The position numbers were made by a program, and so were the translations under genes. This document shows positions 1-11,419 of a stretch of DNA of 64,000 nucleotides, one piece after another. Below the pieces are notes generated by a model. That model saw only the letters and a list, made by a program, of their open reading frames with translations, was not told the DNA's origin and searched no databases. Source of the DNA: Alistipes putredinis (lineage in GTDB: Bacteria; Bacteroidota; Bacteroidia; Bacteroidales; Rikenellaceae); contig CP091730.1 in NCBI GenBank assembly GCA_022009915.1, positions 1,601,329 through 1,665,328 of the forward strand, written 5' to 3'. Position 1 is the first letter of the stretch; each line of letters starts with the position of its first letter.

Positions 1-212
1 TCGTCGTACCGTTCCATGTTGATGAAGACCTTGATGAATATCTCCTGCAACAGGTCGTCCAAATCATCGCTTGCGCCGATACGCTGTGCATAATATTGGT
101 AAATGGAATCGCGATAGCGGTTGAACAGGCATTCGAAAGCCGTATTGTCGCCTTCGAGCACGAGCCTTACGAGTCCGGCGTCGCTTTCCACTATGTATTT
201 TTCTATCTCCAT
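1..212 (-). CDS. RNA polymerase sigma-70 family (ECF-type) factor, N-terminal part; the gene runs off the window start
   Basis: Minus-strand translation from the ATG at 212-210 gives MEIEKYIVESDAGLVRLVLEGDNTAFECLFNRYRDSIYQYYAQRIGASDDLDDLLQEIFIKVFINMERYD, a typical sigma region-2 pattern (F..L..RY...DAEDL.QE.F.K). The start overlaps the stop of the upstream glycosyltransferase. Confidence 0.55.
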   Translation of the reverse strand, partial: MEIEKYIVESDAGLVRLVLEGDNTAFECLFNRYRDSIYQYYAQRIGASDDLDDLLQEIFIKVFINMERYD

Positions 213-1281
213 ATCTCTTTGTCCGGCCGCAATTTGTGCGCTACGGAAATGAGCGCGTCGGCTGCGGGAGAAAACATGTCGTATATGAAATATGTGCCCC
301 TCAGGCCCGTTTCGCCCAAGCGTTTGGCTATTTTGTTCATGCTGCGCAGCACGACCGCATATCTTGCGACCAGCAGCACGGCTGCGAAAATTTTAAGCTC
401 CGTCGGCAGGAAGACTATCGTCGCCAGCGTCGTGAAATAAAACAGGGCTCGGCTGCCGATTTCCCATTCCACGAAGTTTTTGGCTGCCAGCGGGTAATAT
501 TTGTAGGAGTGGGTGCGTGCCTTGCGCTCCTTGTACCACCACTTCATGCCGCCCCAGCATTTGCGCCTTACGGTCGCCCGCGGGTGCATCACCACGCTGA
601 CATTGTCGCCGTCGAAGATGCGCTGCATGAACAGGTCTTCTTCGCCTATGTTCATGTTCAGGAATCCGAATCCTCGATTTTTCGAAATAGAGGCGTTTTG
701 GCGAATCCGGTATTCTGCAAAAACTCCGCCGAAAGGATGTTTTTTTCGATTGCTGCGCTGAGGTACCTTGCGCCGCACATCATTTGCGAGGTGCGTATCA
801 TCTTGCCGGAAAGTCCCGGCGTCTGTTCCACTCCGCAGTAACCCAATACGATGTCGCCTTTCGAGAAACCTTTGGCCATGAGCGGAATCCAGCGGCTCGA
901 AAGCGGTTTGGCATCGGGCGTCGTGATTACGACATAATCGTATTTGGCGGCCTTTATGCCGACGTTCAGAGCCATCTTGTTGCTTATCGGAAACAGAGGA
1001 TGCTGCTTGATGCGGGTCATGGAGAGCTTGGGATGCGCTTCGGAAAGCATTTCGAGAGTTTCGGCGAACTCCTGATTGTTTCCTATGTAGACGATTACCA
1101 CTTCGTACTCGTCGTAGGCTTGCGTCAGCATGAGCGGCAGGGTCTCGTCGATATACAGGAAATCGTCCTCCATCGGAACGATGACCGATATGCCGGGAGT
1201 ATCCGGTCCGGTTTGCGGGCGCATGTCGTTCTTGTATTTAGGTATCGCAGCGTAAATGCGTATATAATAATATATTTGCAC
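203..1281 (-). CDS. family 2 glycosyltransferase with C-terminal membrane region; frame broken once (T7 run ~740-746)
   Basis: ORF 658..1281 has a GT2 N-terminal fold (ISVIVPMEDD..., DYVVITTPDAKP). ORF 203..778 continues in another frame (NIGEEDLFMQRI plus hydrophobic helices). The true start may lie upstream near ~1370 across an A-run; no clean ATG was seen. Confidence 0.6.
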
Positions 1282-1499
1282 TCCGAACAGAATCGCTGTT
1301 ATGACGATAAGTGCAAGACCGAAAGGCCCGTAGGCATCGTATGTCAGCAGAGCCAGTTCTTTTTAATCTATCCAGCTTGAAAAACGAAATTACGATACTA
1401 CAAAAGTAATCAATTATTTCGAAGTATGGCGGAGTGCGGCTGGATTATTTGCCGCCTAAAAATTGCGCGGTGGCGAAATAATGTATAAATTTGCGGGTT

Positions 1500-2631
1500 A
1501 TGAAATTCGAACTTCAAGCGACATCGTCCGATTGCAGGGCGCGTGCGGGTAAAATAACTACCGATCACGGTGAGATTCTCACACCGATATTCATGCCTGT
1601 CGGTACGGCCGCGAGCGTAAAGGGAATATTCCATCGCGACCTCGTACAAGAAGCAGGCGCACAGATAATTCTGGCGAATACATATCATCTTTATTTACGT
1701 CCCGGAACTGACATCTTGCAGCAGGCCGGAGGTGTGCACCGATTTTCGTCGTGGGAGCGTCCGATGCTTACGGACAGCGGCGGTTTTCAGGTGTTCTCGC
1801 TGGCCGACTGTCGCAAAATCACGGAGGAGGGGTGCCGTTTCAGTTCGCATATCGACGGTTCGAAGCATCTTTTTCACTCCCGAGCGCGTGATAGACATTC
1901 AACGCAGCATAGGTGCCGATATAATGATGGCATTCGACGAGTGTCCGTCCGGAAAAGCCAGCAGAGAATATGCGTCTAAATCAATGGCGCTTACACATCG
2001 TTGGTTGGAGCGATGCTTCAATAGATACGCTTCTACGCAGCCGCTTTACGGACACTGTCAGTCGCTGTTCCCGATAGTTCAGGGATGCACCTATCCCGAT
2101 TTGAGGGCGGAGGCTGCCGAATTCGTGCAGCAGTTCGATGCGGACGGATATGCGATAGGCGGTCTTGCGGTCGGAGAACCGGCCGAGGTGATGTATGAGA
2201 TGATAGATGTGGTGAACGGCATACTGCCGCAGAACAAACCGCGTTATCTTATGGGAGTGGGTACTCCCGTGAATATTTTGGAGGGGATAGAGCGCGGGGT
2301 GGACATGTTCGACTGCGTGATGCCCACACGAAACGGCCGCAACGGAATGCTGTTCACGACGGAAGGAATGATAAACATCCGCAATCGCAAATGGATGGAC
2401 GATTTTTCGCCCATCGACCCCGCCGGTCTGTGTTTTGCCGATACTACATACAGCAAGGCATACCTGCGGCATCTTGTCATTGCGGGCGAGATGCTCGGAG
2501 CGCAAATAGCCTCGCTGCACAATATCTGCTTTTACTTGTGGCTGGTAAGGCAGGCGCGCGAACACATACTGGCTGGCGATTTCGCACAGTGGAAACGCGA
2601 GACGGTCGCTAAAATCGGAAGGAAACTTTGA
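1500..2631 (+). CDS. tgt: queuine tRNA-ribosyltransferase; one frame break near the T-run at ~1870
   Basis: ORFs 1491..1979 and 1732..2631 join to give [35 protein letters not shown] ... MAFDECP ... [33 protein letters not shown], which are hallmark Tgt motifs. Confidence 0.9.
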
Positions 2632-3694
2632 TGAAAAAAATCCCGGTCTGAAAATACTCGACAGATACATAATACGCAAGTTTCTCGGAACTTACGTATT
2701 CTTACTTGCACTGATTATTGTAATAGTAGTGGTGTTCGACTATGCCGAAAAGGTGGACGATTTCATCTCGCAGAAAGCGCCTTTCAAGGATGTCATACTG
2801 GACTATTACGTGAATTTCATACCGTTTTTCATCAATCAGTTCAGCGGTCTTTTCACGTTCATTACCGTGATTTACTTCACCTCGAAAATGGCCTATCAGA
2901 CCGAGATAATAGCCATACTGTCGAGCGGAGTGAGTTTCAGACGACTGATGTGGCCGTATTTCATATCCGCGGCCGTGATTGCGACGGTGTCCATCGGACT
3001 GAACATGTGGATTATTCCGCACACCAACATCAAACGTGTGGAGTTCGAAAGCCAGTACATACCGCGCAAAAAGAACGTGAAGTACGACAAGCACATCTAC
3101 CGCCAGATAGAGCCCGGAACATTCGTCTACATACGCAACTTTTCGGGCAACACGCAAAAGGCCAGTTTCATGTCTATTGAGAAGTACGACGGAACATCGC
3201 TCGTGCAGGCTCTGGAAGCGGGCGACGTTACGTACAATCCTGAAAACGGACACTGGACGGCGCCGAAGTACACCGTCCGTTCGATGGACAGCATCGGGGA
3301 GGCATACACGCAGCACGTGGCGCTGGATACTTTGATAAATCTGAATACGGAAGAGTTGGGCAATGTCGCCGAGTTGATTAAGACCATGCAGATAGGGATG
3401 CTTACCGATTTCATCCGCCAGCAAAAGGAAAAGGGGTCGGACATGATTCCTCTGTTCGAGGTCGAACGGCACGGACGAATCGCGTATCCTATGGCGGCGT
3501 TCATCCTGACGCTTATCGGCGTGTCCATTTCGTCGCGCAAAGTGAGAGGTGGTACGGGACTTCATATGGGAATGGGTATCGTGCTGTGTTTCTCGTACAT
3601 ACTGTTTCAGAGATTCGCCGAGGAATTCGCCAAGGGCGGTTCTCTTCCGGCCGGCCTTTCGGTCTGGATTCCCAACATAATTTTTTTGCGGTAA
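2631..3694 (+). CDS. LptF/LptG family permease (LPS export); frame break in the A-run right after the ATG
   Basis: ATG at 2631 overlaps the tgt stop (TGATG). After the A7-8 run the other frame reads LKILDRYIIRKFLGTYVFLLALIIVIVVVFDYAEKVDDF and continues as ORF 2729..3694 with multiple TM helices, which is typical of YjgP/YjgQ proteins. Confidence 0.8.
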
Positions 3695-3750
3695 TCGCTG
3701 TTTTTTTGTATAAAAAGGCACCGAAGTAGCACCCGCTCGAATTTATTTAG

Positions 3751-3758
3751 TAAATTTG
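3751..3758 (+). promoter_or_regulatory. Bacteroidetes-type -7 box (TAAATTTG) upstream of lysS
   Basis: Matches the TAnnTTTG consensus ~35 nt upstream of the lysS ATG. Confidence 0.4.
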
Positions 3759-3791
3759 CATTGTAAAAATTTTTAAGCGATATTATACGAT

Positions 3792-5516
3792 ATGTTTGAA
3801 CTCAGTGAACAGGAACAGTTGCGGCGCAACTCCCTTGCGGAATTGCGGCGTTTGGGAATAGAACCGTATCCTGCTGCCAAATACGAAGTTTCGACCACTG
3901 CCGCCGAAATAGCTGCCCGATTCGACAGCGAGCCTTCTCTTTTCGAGAATGTGAGCGTCGCCGGCCGAATAATGAGCCGACGAATAATGGGCAGCGCATC
4001 GTTTTTTTCGAGCTTCAAGATCATACGGGCCGTATTCAGGTGTATATCCGTCGCGACGACATATGCAGCGGAGAAGATACGACGCCTTATAATACGGTAT
4101 TCAAGAAACTGCTCGACATAGGCGACATCGTTGGCGTGGAAGGATTCGTTTTCCGTACGCAGACAGGCGAGCTGTCGGTGCACTGCAAGAAGTTCACCGT
4201 GCTGAGCAAGTCGATTCGCCCGCTGCCCATAGTCAAGGAGAAGGACGGGCAGACTTTCGATGCCTTTACCGACCCAGAGGTGCGCTATCGTCAGCGTTAT
4301 GTCGATTTAATCGTGAATCCGCAAGTGAAGGACGTGTTCGTGAAAAGGGCGAAGATTATTTCGACGATGCGTGCGTTTTTTCGATTCGTTCGGATATGTG
4401 GAAGTGGAGACTCCCATATTGCAATCCATTCCCGGCGGAGCTTCGGCGCGTCCGTTCATTACGCATCACAACTCTTTGGACATCGACCTTTACATGCGTA
4501 TAGCCAGCGAGTTGTATCTGAAAAAACTTATCGTGGGCGGATTCGAGGGCGTGTACGAGTTCGGAAAGAATTTCCGCAACGAGGGCATGGACCGCACGCA
4601 CAATCCCGAATTTACCTGCATGGAGATATATGTGGCCTACAAGGACTACATCTGGATGATGGGATTCGTCGAGCAGATGCTGGAACGTGTTGCGTTGGCG
4701 TTGCACGGGACCACTCGGGTCATGATAGGCGAGCAGGAAATAAATTTCAAGGCTCCGTACCGGCGCGTGTCGATGACCGATTTGATAAAGGAGAAGACCG
4801 GATTCGACATTACTGGCAAAAACGAGGGGCAGCTTTCGCGAGGCCTGCGCACGTCTCGGCGTGGAAACAGACGAGTCGATGGGCAAGGGAAAACTTATCG
4901 ACGCCATTTTTCGGCCAGTTCTGCGAGACGGAGCTCGTGCAGCCGACTTTCGTTACGGATTATCCAATCGAGATGTCTCCGCTAAGCAAGAGGCATCGTT
5001 CGAATCCGGAACTTACGGAGCGTTTCGAACTTTTCGTAATGGGCAAGGAGCTTTGCAACGCCTATTCGGAGCTCAACGACCCCATAGACCAGTACGAACG
5101 TTTTCAGGAGCAGCTGCGATTGAGCGAGAAGGGGGACGACGAGGCGATGTTCATAGATATGGATTTCGTTAAGGCGCTGGAATACGGCATGCCGACATGC
5201 TCGGGTATGGGTATCGGCATCGATCGTCTTACCATGTTCATGACTTCGCAGACCTCGATTCAGGATGTGCTCTTTTTTCCGCAAATGCGGCCGCAGAAAG
5301 GTGCAGTCAAGGATGACGAACAGAAGTATACAGAAAAGGGAATTGCTCCTGAGTGGGTTCCCGTGCTGCAAAAAAATGGGATACGTAACGGTCGATTCGC
5401 TGAAAAAGCTCTCCGCAGGAAAAGCTTTTCAACGACATTTGCGGATTCAACAAGAAAAACAAACTCGGCCTCAAAAAAATCCGACCATGGACGAGGTGCG
5501 AGCATGGTGCGAATAA
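3792..5516 (+). CDS. lysS: lysine--tRNA ligase (class II) with Bacteroidetes-type C-terminal extension; at least 4 frame breaks
   Basis: Pieces 3792..4121, 4040..~4375, 4371..~4850, ~4900..~5370 and 5265..5516 join. Motifs seen are [73 protein letters not shown] and [12 protein letters not shown]. Breaks sit at T7 4002-4008 and the T-run ~4376. Confidence 0.85.
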
Positions 5517-5548
5517 ATTTTTGTAACAAAACGTTAAATAAAAAGAAA

Positions 5549-6301
5549 ATGAGAAAGAAAATCGTTGCCGGCAACTGGAAGATGAATACGACTCCGGTGG
5601 AAGGCGTGGAATTGGCAAAAGAGGTGGTAGCAGGAAAAGGCGGCGTATGTTCGTGCGTCGATTTCATAATCGCTCCGCCGTTCACTCATCTTTCGGAGGT
5701 GGTCAAGGTCACTCGCGGTACGGGCATTGCCGTCGCAGCTCAAAACTGTGCGGCAGAGGCCAAAGGAGCATATACGGGCGAAGTATCCGCCAAGATGATT
5801 GCGTCGCTGGGCGTGGAATACGTTATTCTGGGCCACTCGGAGCGCCGCGAATATTACGGCGAGACGAGCCAGACGCTGAACAAGAAAATGGCGCAGGCCT
5901 ACGAGAACAATCTGATTCCGATTTACTGCATAGGCGAGAAATTGGAAGAGCGCGAGGCTGGCAAACATTTCGATGTGGTTAAGGCCCAAATAGAAGAGGT
6001 CGTGTTCAATCTGACCGACGAGCAGTTCGACAAACTCATAATCGCCTACGAACCTGTATGGGCTATCGGGACCGGCAAGACGGCGACTGCGGAACAGGCA
6101 CAGGAAATCCATGCCTACATACGCAAGGTGCTGGCTTCCAAGTTCGGAGCCAAGGCCGAAAATACGCCTCTGCTTTACGGCGGAAGCTGCAAACCGTCCA
6201 ATGCGAAAGAACTCTTTGCAAAAGAAGACGTGGACGGCGGTCTTATAGGCGGCGCCGCTCTTGTAGCAGACGATTTCCTTGCAATAGGCAAAAGTTTCTA
6301 A
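5549..6301 (+). CDS. tpiA: triose-phosphate isomerase
   Basis: [13 protein letters not shown] ... ILGHSERR ... [11 protein letters not shown] ... YGGS. It sits in the same frame as a lysS remnant, which is why the track shows a 753-aa fused ORF. Confidence 0.92.
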   Translation: MRKKIVAGNWKMNTTPVEGVELAKEVVAGKGGVCSCVDFIIAPPFTHLSEVVKVTRGTGIAVAAQNCAAEAKGAYTGEVSAKMIASLGVEYVILGHSERREYYGETSQTLNKKMAQAYENNLIPIYCIGEKLEEREAGKHFDVVKAQIEEVVFNLTDEQFDKLIIAYEPVWAIGTGKTATAEQAQEIHAYIRKVLASKFGAKAENTPLLYGGSCKPSNAKELFAKEDVDGGLIGGAALVADDFLAIGKSF

Positions 6302-6325
6302 TAGCGGAATCGACCATTATAAAAT

Positions 6326-6365
6326 AAGGAGGAGGGGAGAAAATTCCCTCCTCTCTATTTTTTTA
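6326..6365 (+). terminator. rho-independent terminator after tpiA
   Basis: GGAGGAGGGG / CCCTCCTC stem followed by a T-run. Confidence 0.6.
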
Positions 6366-6392
6366 CCATAAAGTCTCGCCAGATTTTAATTT

Positions 6393-7607
6393 CTATTTAT
6401 TGGCGAACAGTTTTTTCTTCAACCATTCTCTGACAGGAACATCGTAGAGCTTATAGGATGCCCAAGCTATGGATATTGCAAGGATGAAGATACTGACAGC
6501 TATGAAAATATGAGTGCTTTGCGGACTGTCCTTGTGGCTGCCGGCCCAAGCCATCTGTACATATATCAGAGGGTAATGCGTAATATAGAGCGGATAGGAG
6601 AGTTCGCCGAGCCATTTGCATACGGCTATGCTCCGTTTATCGGTCACTTTGCTGCCGGCGCCCATTGCAACAATGAGAGGAAACATTACGAGAATTGCCA
6701 CGGCATTATAGATGCCATTGCCGCAACTCCAAGTACCTTGCACGCCTCCTTTGATGCAAGGCATGCAGAGTAAGATTACCACCAATAGCGAACACCACCA
6801 GAATCCGCCTCTTACGGAAATCGTCTTGCCGATACGTGATAGCAGTAGTCCGCAGAAGAATGGATAGAGCAGTCGTGCGATGCCGATGTAACCCTGTTCG
6901 GCATCGATACTCCATCCGCCTATTACCGTATTGGCGGCATACATTCTGCCGTTCAAGAGATGAAACACGTCGAAATTGAGACATACGTCGATCGTAAGGA
7001 ATGCCGAGCCAGCCACGAATATAGCCAGCACTGTTTTCGAAAATCTGCGAATAACGAGAGCATAGGCGATATTGGCAAGGTACTCCCACATCAGCGACCA
7101 CATAGAGCCGTTCAGGGGATTGGTCTCGCCCCAGCCTCTGATGTCCCAATTTTTCAGTGCAGGAATCATCGTGAAACAGAATACAGCAAGAGCGACGACT
7201 TTCCACCAAGGCGTTTGGCCCACCAAAGGAAAAGAAGGACAATCGCCAAAATAGAACAGGGCTGCTCCGAGAAGAGTTCCCATGATAAGCATCGGATGCA
7301 GTCTCACAAGTCGGCGCTTGAAGAAATTCCATGTGCTCATTCGATTCCAACGGTCATCGTAGGCATATCCGATGACGAAGCCCGAGAGCACGAAAAAGAA
7401 ATCTACGGCAAGATAACCATGATTTATAATCTGATGCTCCGGCCCGGCAGAGTAAGTCTCGAATAGGTGAAAGGCAACCACAATCATGGCGGCTACACCT
7501 CTTAAACCGTCCAATATCTCGTATCGGGGTTTGGAGGCCAAATATACGTTTTTTTGTCCATTGTCTGTTGTTTTTGTTTTGAAATGATTTTTGCTAAGAC
7601 GTTGCAA
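6393..7607 (-). CDS. acyltransferase family 3 integral membrane protein
   Basis: Intact 404-aa ORF. It has ILDGLRGVAAMIVVAFH, FFVLSGFVI and many TM helices. Confidence 0.75.
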   Translation of the reverse strand: MQRLSKNHFKTKTTDNGQKNVYLASKPRYEILDGLRGVAAMIVVAFHLFETYSAGPEHQIINHGYLAVDFFFVLSGFVIGYAYDDRWNRMSTWNFFKRRLVRLHPMLIMGTLLGAALFYFGDCPSFPLVGQTPWWKVVALAVFCFTMIPALKNWDIRGWGETNPLNGSMWSLMWEYLANIAYALVIRRFSKTVLAIFVAGSAFLTIDVCLNFDVFHLLNGRMYAANTVIGGWSIDAEQGYIGIARLLYPFFCGLLLSRIGKTISVRGGFWWCSLLVVILLCMPCIKGGVQGTWSCGNGIYNAVAILVMFPLIVAMGAGSKVTDKRSIAVCKWLGELSYPLYITHYPLIYVQMAWAGSHKDSPQSTHIFIAVSIFILAISIAWASYKLYDVPVREWLKKKLFANK

Positions 7608-7701
7608 ATTTACGGCGTATTATTGTCATTTATTTGTTGCTTCGTTTTAAATAATTGTCGTATATTTGTTGGAAGGGCTGCTTTTTTTAGTGAAAGAATG
7701 T

Positions 7702-8560
7702 ATGGAAAGGAGTATGAAGATGGAAGAAATGAAGATACAGTTCGACCATGTTAGTTTGGAACCATCCAGACAGATAGGACTTCATCAGCAGAGCACGTGG
7801 GAGTTGTCTTATATCATAAAAGGAGCGGGACGGCGAATTGTCGGCGACAAAGAGGATCCATTCAAAAGTGGCGACATTGTACTGGTGCCGCCGGACACGA
7901 CACATTGCTGGGAGTTTGAGGATGAAGGAACCCTTATCGAAAATGTCACCGTGCTGTTTTTCAACCGAATTTATGTATGCCTTGTCAGATAACTTCTACG
8001 ATCTGAAAGAAATTATGGGCCGTCTGATTCATATAGACTCCGCTCTTATGTTGCTGGGCCGGACAAGACAAAGTGTGGCAAATATACTCCGGCGCATGTG
8101 TGAAGAGGAGGATGACATGCGAACCGTATCTTTCTTCCAAATATTGGTTTTGATAGGAAAAAGCGCAGAGCTGTCTGCCGCCGGCAAGGAAAACAGGGAG
8201 ACGAATGCAGAGCGCATGTTGAAAAACATCAAGTTATTTGTGACCTGTAATTTTAGGCGAGAGTCGAGTATTGGAGACATTGCCGCTTATGTGAGGCATG
8301 AATCGATCGGCGGTTTTGCACGTTCTTTCGCAGAAATGAGGGGAAAAACGATTGGGAAATACAAGAACGAGCTGCGCTTGGATGAAGCAAGGCGATTGCT
8401 TGCTTCTTCCGCCTTCTCGATACAGGAGATATGCTATAAGAGCGGCTTTCGCGATGTGGCCCATTTTTGCCGCACTTTCCGCAAGATAACAGGAACTTCG
8501 CCGAGTGAATACAGAAAGAAGTCGAAATATGAATTAACGCAAATTGATGCGGATTTTTAA
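7702..8560 (+). CDS. AraC family transcriptional regulator (cupin N-domain plus HTH); one frame break in a T-run near 7955
   Basis: ORF 7666..7992 is cupin-like (GDIVLVPPDTTHCWEF). It joins ORF 7838..8560, which ends with an AraC HTH (ICYKSGFRDVAHFCRTFRKITGTSPSEYR). The start codon choice is uncertain (7702, 7714 or 7720). Confidence 0.7.
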
Positions 8561-8887
8561 TTCTCGAAGCATGAGGTTGTTCCGCCCATTTTTTTTCGCC
8601 ACAGGCTGCCGTTGCGCCTGTACTGCGGTTCATGAGTGTCCGGTACAAAACAAAGTGAGAACGGCTGACGGTCTGTGTTGTGATATGCAAAGAGTTTCGG
8701 ATGCAACCGCGGAATCGAAGATATTAATGGCGATGACGAATGCCATAACCGGCGAAGGTAAAAAGGCTGGTGTTCGATTTATTGTCTGCGGCTTAAACGG
8801 AATCATGAATGTCGAGATGGGTAGGCGAGGTACGGTAGAATGTGCGCGTCATCGCCGAATCCGAGCCATTTGCCAAATAGTCGGGAT

Positions 8888-8929
8888 ACAAAACAAGCCG
8901 GATATTGTAAAGTATCCGGCTTGTTTTTT
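8888..8929. terminator. bidirectional rho-independent terminator
   Basis: ACAAAACAAGCCGGATA / TATCCGGCTTGTTTT stem flanked by A- and T-runs, just downstream of rpiB. Confidence 0.65.
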
Positions 8930-8973
8930 GACCGATTTTAGATCCGTTACCGAGCGCTACTGCGTCGAGAAGA

Positions 8974-9417
8974 CTATTCGGGTTGCGGAACTGGAATTTT
9001 TTCAACCCTGCGCAGGTGGCGTCCACCTTCGAATTCTGTGGCCAGAAACTTATCCACGCACTGTTTCGCCATCTCGTTGTCGATGAAACGCGCCGGCAGC
9101 GAACAAACGTTCGCATCGTTGTGCCTTCGTGCCAGTTCGGCGATTTCCGGTATCCAGCATACGGCCGCTCTGATGTTTTGATGCTTGTTGAGCGTAATGC
9201 TTATGCCGTTGGCCGTACCGCAAATGGCTATGCCGCACGGAACTACGCCCTGTTCGATGTCGAATGCCAGAGGGTGCGCATAATCGGGATAATCGCAGCT
9301 TTCGGGCGAGTCGCAACCGTAATCGAATACTTCGTATCCGAGGCTATCCAGATAGCCGACCAGATACTCTTTGAGTTCGTATCCAGCATGGTCGGATGCT
9401 ATTCCAATTTTTTTCAT
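8974..9417 (-). CDS. rpiB: ribose 5-phosphate isomerase B
   Basis: Intact 147 aa. MKKIGIASDHAGYELKEYL ... GIAICGTANGISITLNKHQNIRAA. Confidence 0.9.
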   Translation of the reverse strand: MKKIGIASDHAGYELKEYLVGYLDSLGYEVFDYGCDSPESCDYPDYAHPLAFDIEQGVVPCGIAICGTANGISITLNKHQNIRAAVCWIPEIAELARRHNDANVCSLPARFIDNEMAKQCVDKFLATEFEGGRHLRRVEKIPVPQPE

Positions 9418-9428
9418 GAAAGTGTATT

Positions 9429-10227
9429 TTATTCGTTTCCGATAAATTCAATCAATGCGTCAGCCGCTGCTTCGGGCTGTTCTATGAACCCCATATGTCC
9501 GGAGTTTTCGAGAAAGACGACGTGCGCCTGCGGATGTTCGGCGGCGATTTTTTCGGCTGTCTGCGGACTTATGTATTCGTCCTTGCGGCCGAATATGAAC
9601 AGTTGCGGAACTTTCAGGGCCCGCAACATCTCGTTCTTGTCGCCTCTCTGCATCATACCGCGCAAAAGCGCCTTGATGCCATCGTCCTCCGTAATTCCGA
9701 CCAATTCCGCAAGGTCTTCGATTGTGTCTGCGAACTTGGTCCGATTCTCCGCCGCAAAGCCTTTCCCGGGCGCCATGCGGGCCAGAAGTTCTTTCTTGCC
9801 GGCGTCGATTAGCTCTATCTCTTTGCTCCGGTCGAGTTTCTTCTGTTCGGAGTCCGCGTTCGGGGTGGAGTGGAAAAGTACTATGCCGTCCAATCGGTCG
9901 GGATACTTTTCGGCGAATGCGAGTGCCACGTAACCGCCCATCGAATGTCCGACGAGCGTGCATTTTTCTATTTTCATCGTGTCGAGCACGCCGCAGACCA
10001 CATCGGCCAGAAACTCCATCGTGTGGACTTCGCCCTTTACCTCTGATATTCCGTGCCCGGGCAAATCGAGCGCCACGACGCGGTATCGCGCTTTAAGCAG
10101 TTTGGCGAAAGATTCCCATACCTCGATGGCTTCGAGGTATCCGTGCAACAAAACCACGCATCGGTCTCCCTTTTTCGCTGTCGCTTACCCGCAGTGCGCA
10201 TCCGGCCGCATTAATGAATTTATCCAT
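9429..10227 (-). CDS. alpha/beta hydrolase; one frame break near 10160
   Basis: VLLHGYLE ... GHSMGGYVA nucleophile elbow ... [13 protein letters not shown]. An upstream ATG at 10227 ([20 protein letters not shown]) joins across an A-run. Confidence 0.75.
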
Positions 10228-10444
10228 ACAGAATTTCGCTTGGTGTTAGTCGTCGTAATAGTCCATGACGGACTCGTGTTTCTTTTTCGGCTGTGTACGA
10301 CTCTTCGTCTTCGTCGTCTAACTTTTCGTACATGGCGTATTTGTCTTTGCCGCTTTTGCGCATCGGGCTGAGTCTTGTGGCCTTGCGCATGGAGTCCGTG
10401 CTCTGCTCTTGACGAGAAGACTTAAAATCCTTGTTAGATTTCAT
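10220..10444 (-). CDS. small charged, probably disordered hypothetical protein
   Basis: 74-aa ORF MKSNKDFKSSRQEQ...DDEDEES. An alternative frame after an A-run gives a more natural end (KKKHESVMDYYDD*). No family was recognised. Confidence 0.35.
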   Translation of the reverse strand: MKSNKDFKSSRQEQSTDSMRKATRLSPMRKSGKDKYAMYEKLDDEDEESYTAEKETRVRHGLLRRLTPSEILYG

Positions 10445-10504
10445 GGCGAATCACAGAGTTGAGAATTTGAAATAAATGATTAAGATTCCGTAATTTACTC
10501 TTGA

Positions 10505-11317
10505 TTACTTCGATTTAAGTTTCAGGTTGTTCAACTCTATCTTTCCGCAGAAAACCTTCTTCGCCTCGCCGGTCAGAAAGATATGCGTATATCGGCCGTC
10601 GCTTTCAGGCGTAAAAATTCACGGAAAGACGTCCGCCCAGAGTTTGGACGGTATAACGGGTTTTATCGGAGCGCGTATGCAGGTGCGTAGCTATCGCGCA
10701 GGCCGTTGCACCGGTTCCGCAGGCATAGGTCTCGTTTTCCACGCCGCGTTCGTAGGTGCGTATTTTTATGGAATCCGGGCCTGTTATCTGCACGAAATTC
10801 ACGTTGGTCCCGCCCGTTATGGAGTTCCTGAGTTTCCGGCCGACGGCAACCACGTCTATCGAGTCCGTATCCTCCACGAATGTCACGTAATGCGGCGAAC
10901 CGGTATCGAGTCTGGTAATGGTCGCCGTCGGATATTATGTTTTTGTACGTCGCGCATTTGCAGTTCGACGATGCCCGAGCAGTCGTCGGATCTGACGATT
11001 CTCGCGCTGTGTTCACCATCGGCACCGACAAAACGCTTCGTCCGTCCGCTGATGCCCACATGGTGGGCGAACAGCGCGATGCAACGGCCGCCGTTTCCGC
11101 ACATGGAGGCTTCGTGTCCGTCCGAATTGTAATACCTCATTCTGAAATCGGCCCGTGTTGTAAAACACAGCGACATCAGACCATCGGCGCCGATGCCGAA
11201 ATGCCTGTCGCACAGAGTCGCGATAAATTCAGGTGGCGGGTTGAATTCGAACCCTCTGGCATCGATTACCACGAAATCGTTGCCTGCTCCTTCGTATTTT
11301 GCAAAATACAGTATCAT
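10505..11317 (-). CDS. dapF: diaminopimelate epimerase; 2 frame breaks
   Basis: MILYFAKYEGAGNDFVVID ... MRYYNSDGHEASMCGNGGRC ... TYERGVENETYACGTGATA. The C-terminal tail was recovered in a third frame down to the stop at 10505. Confidence 0.85.
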
Positions 11318-11419
11318 GTCTAAAAATGTAGCATTACATTTCTGCAAATATATATAAACTTTCCAAAGTTGTTATTACTATTTGTGCATGTTAAAGATTA
11401 ATTTTCCCTTGTGAAAGCA

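Noticed and set aside
4040-6301. 753-aa ORF that looks like a LysS-TpiA fusion protein
   Set aside because: It is a frame coincidence. The lysS tail ends in another frame at 5516 (…DEVRAWCE*). tpiA has its own ATG at 5549 after an A-rich spacer. The stretch between them translates to low-complexity nonsense.
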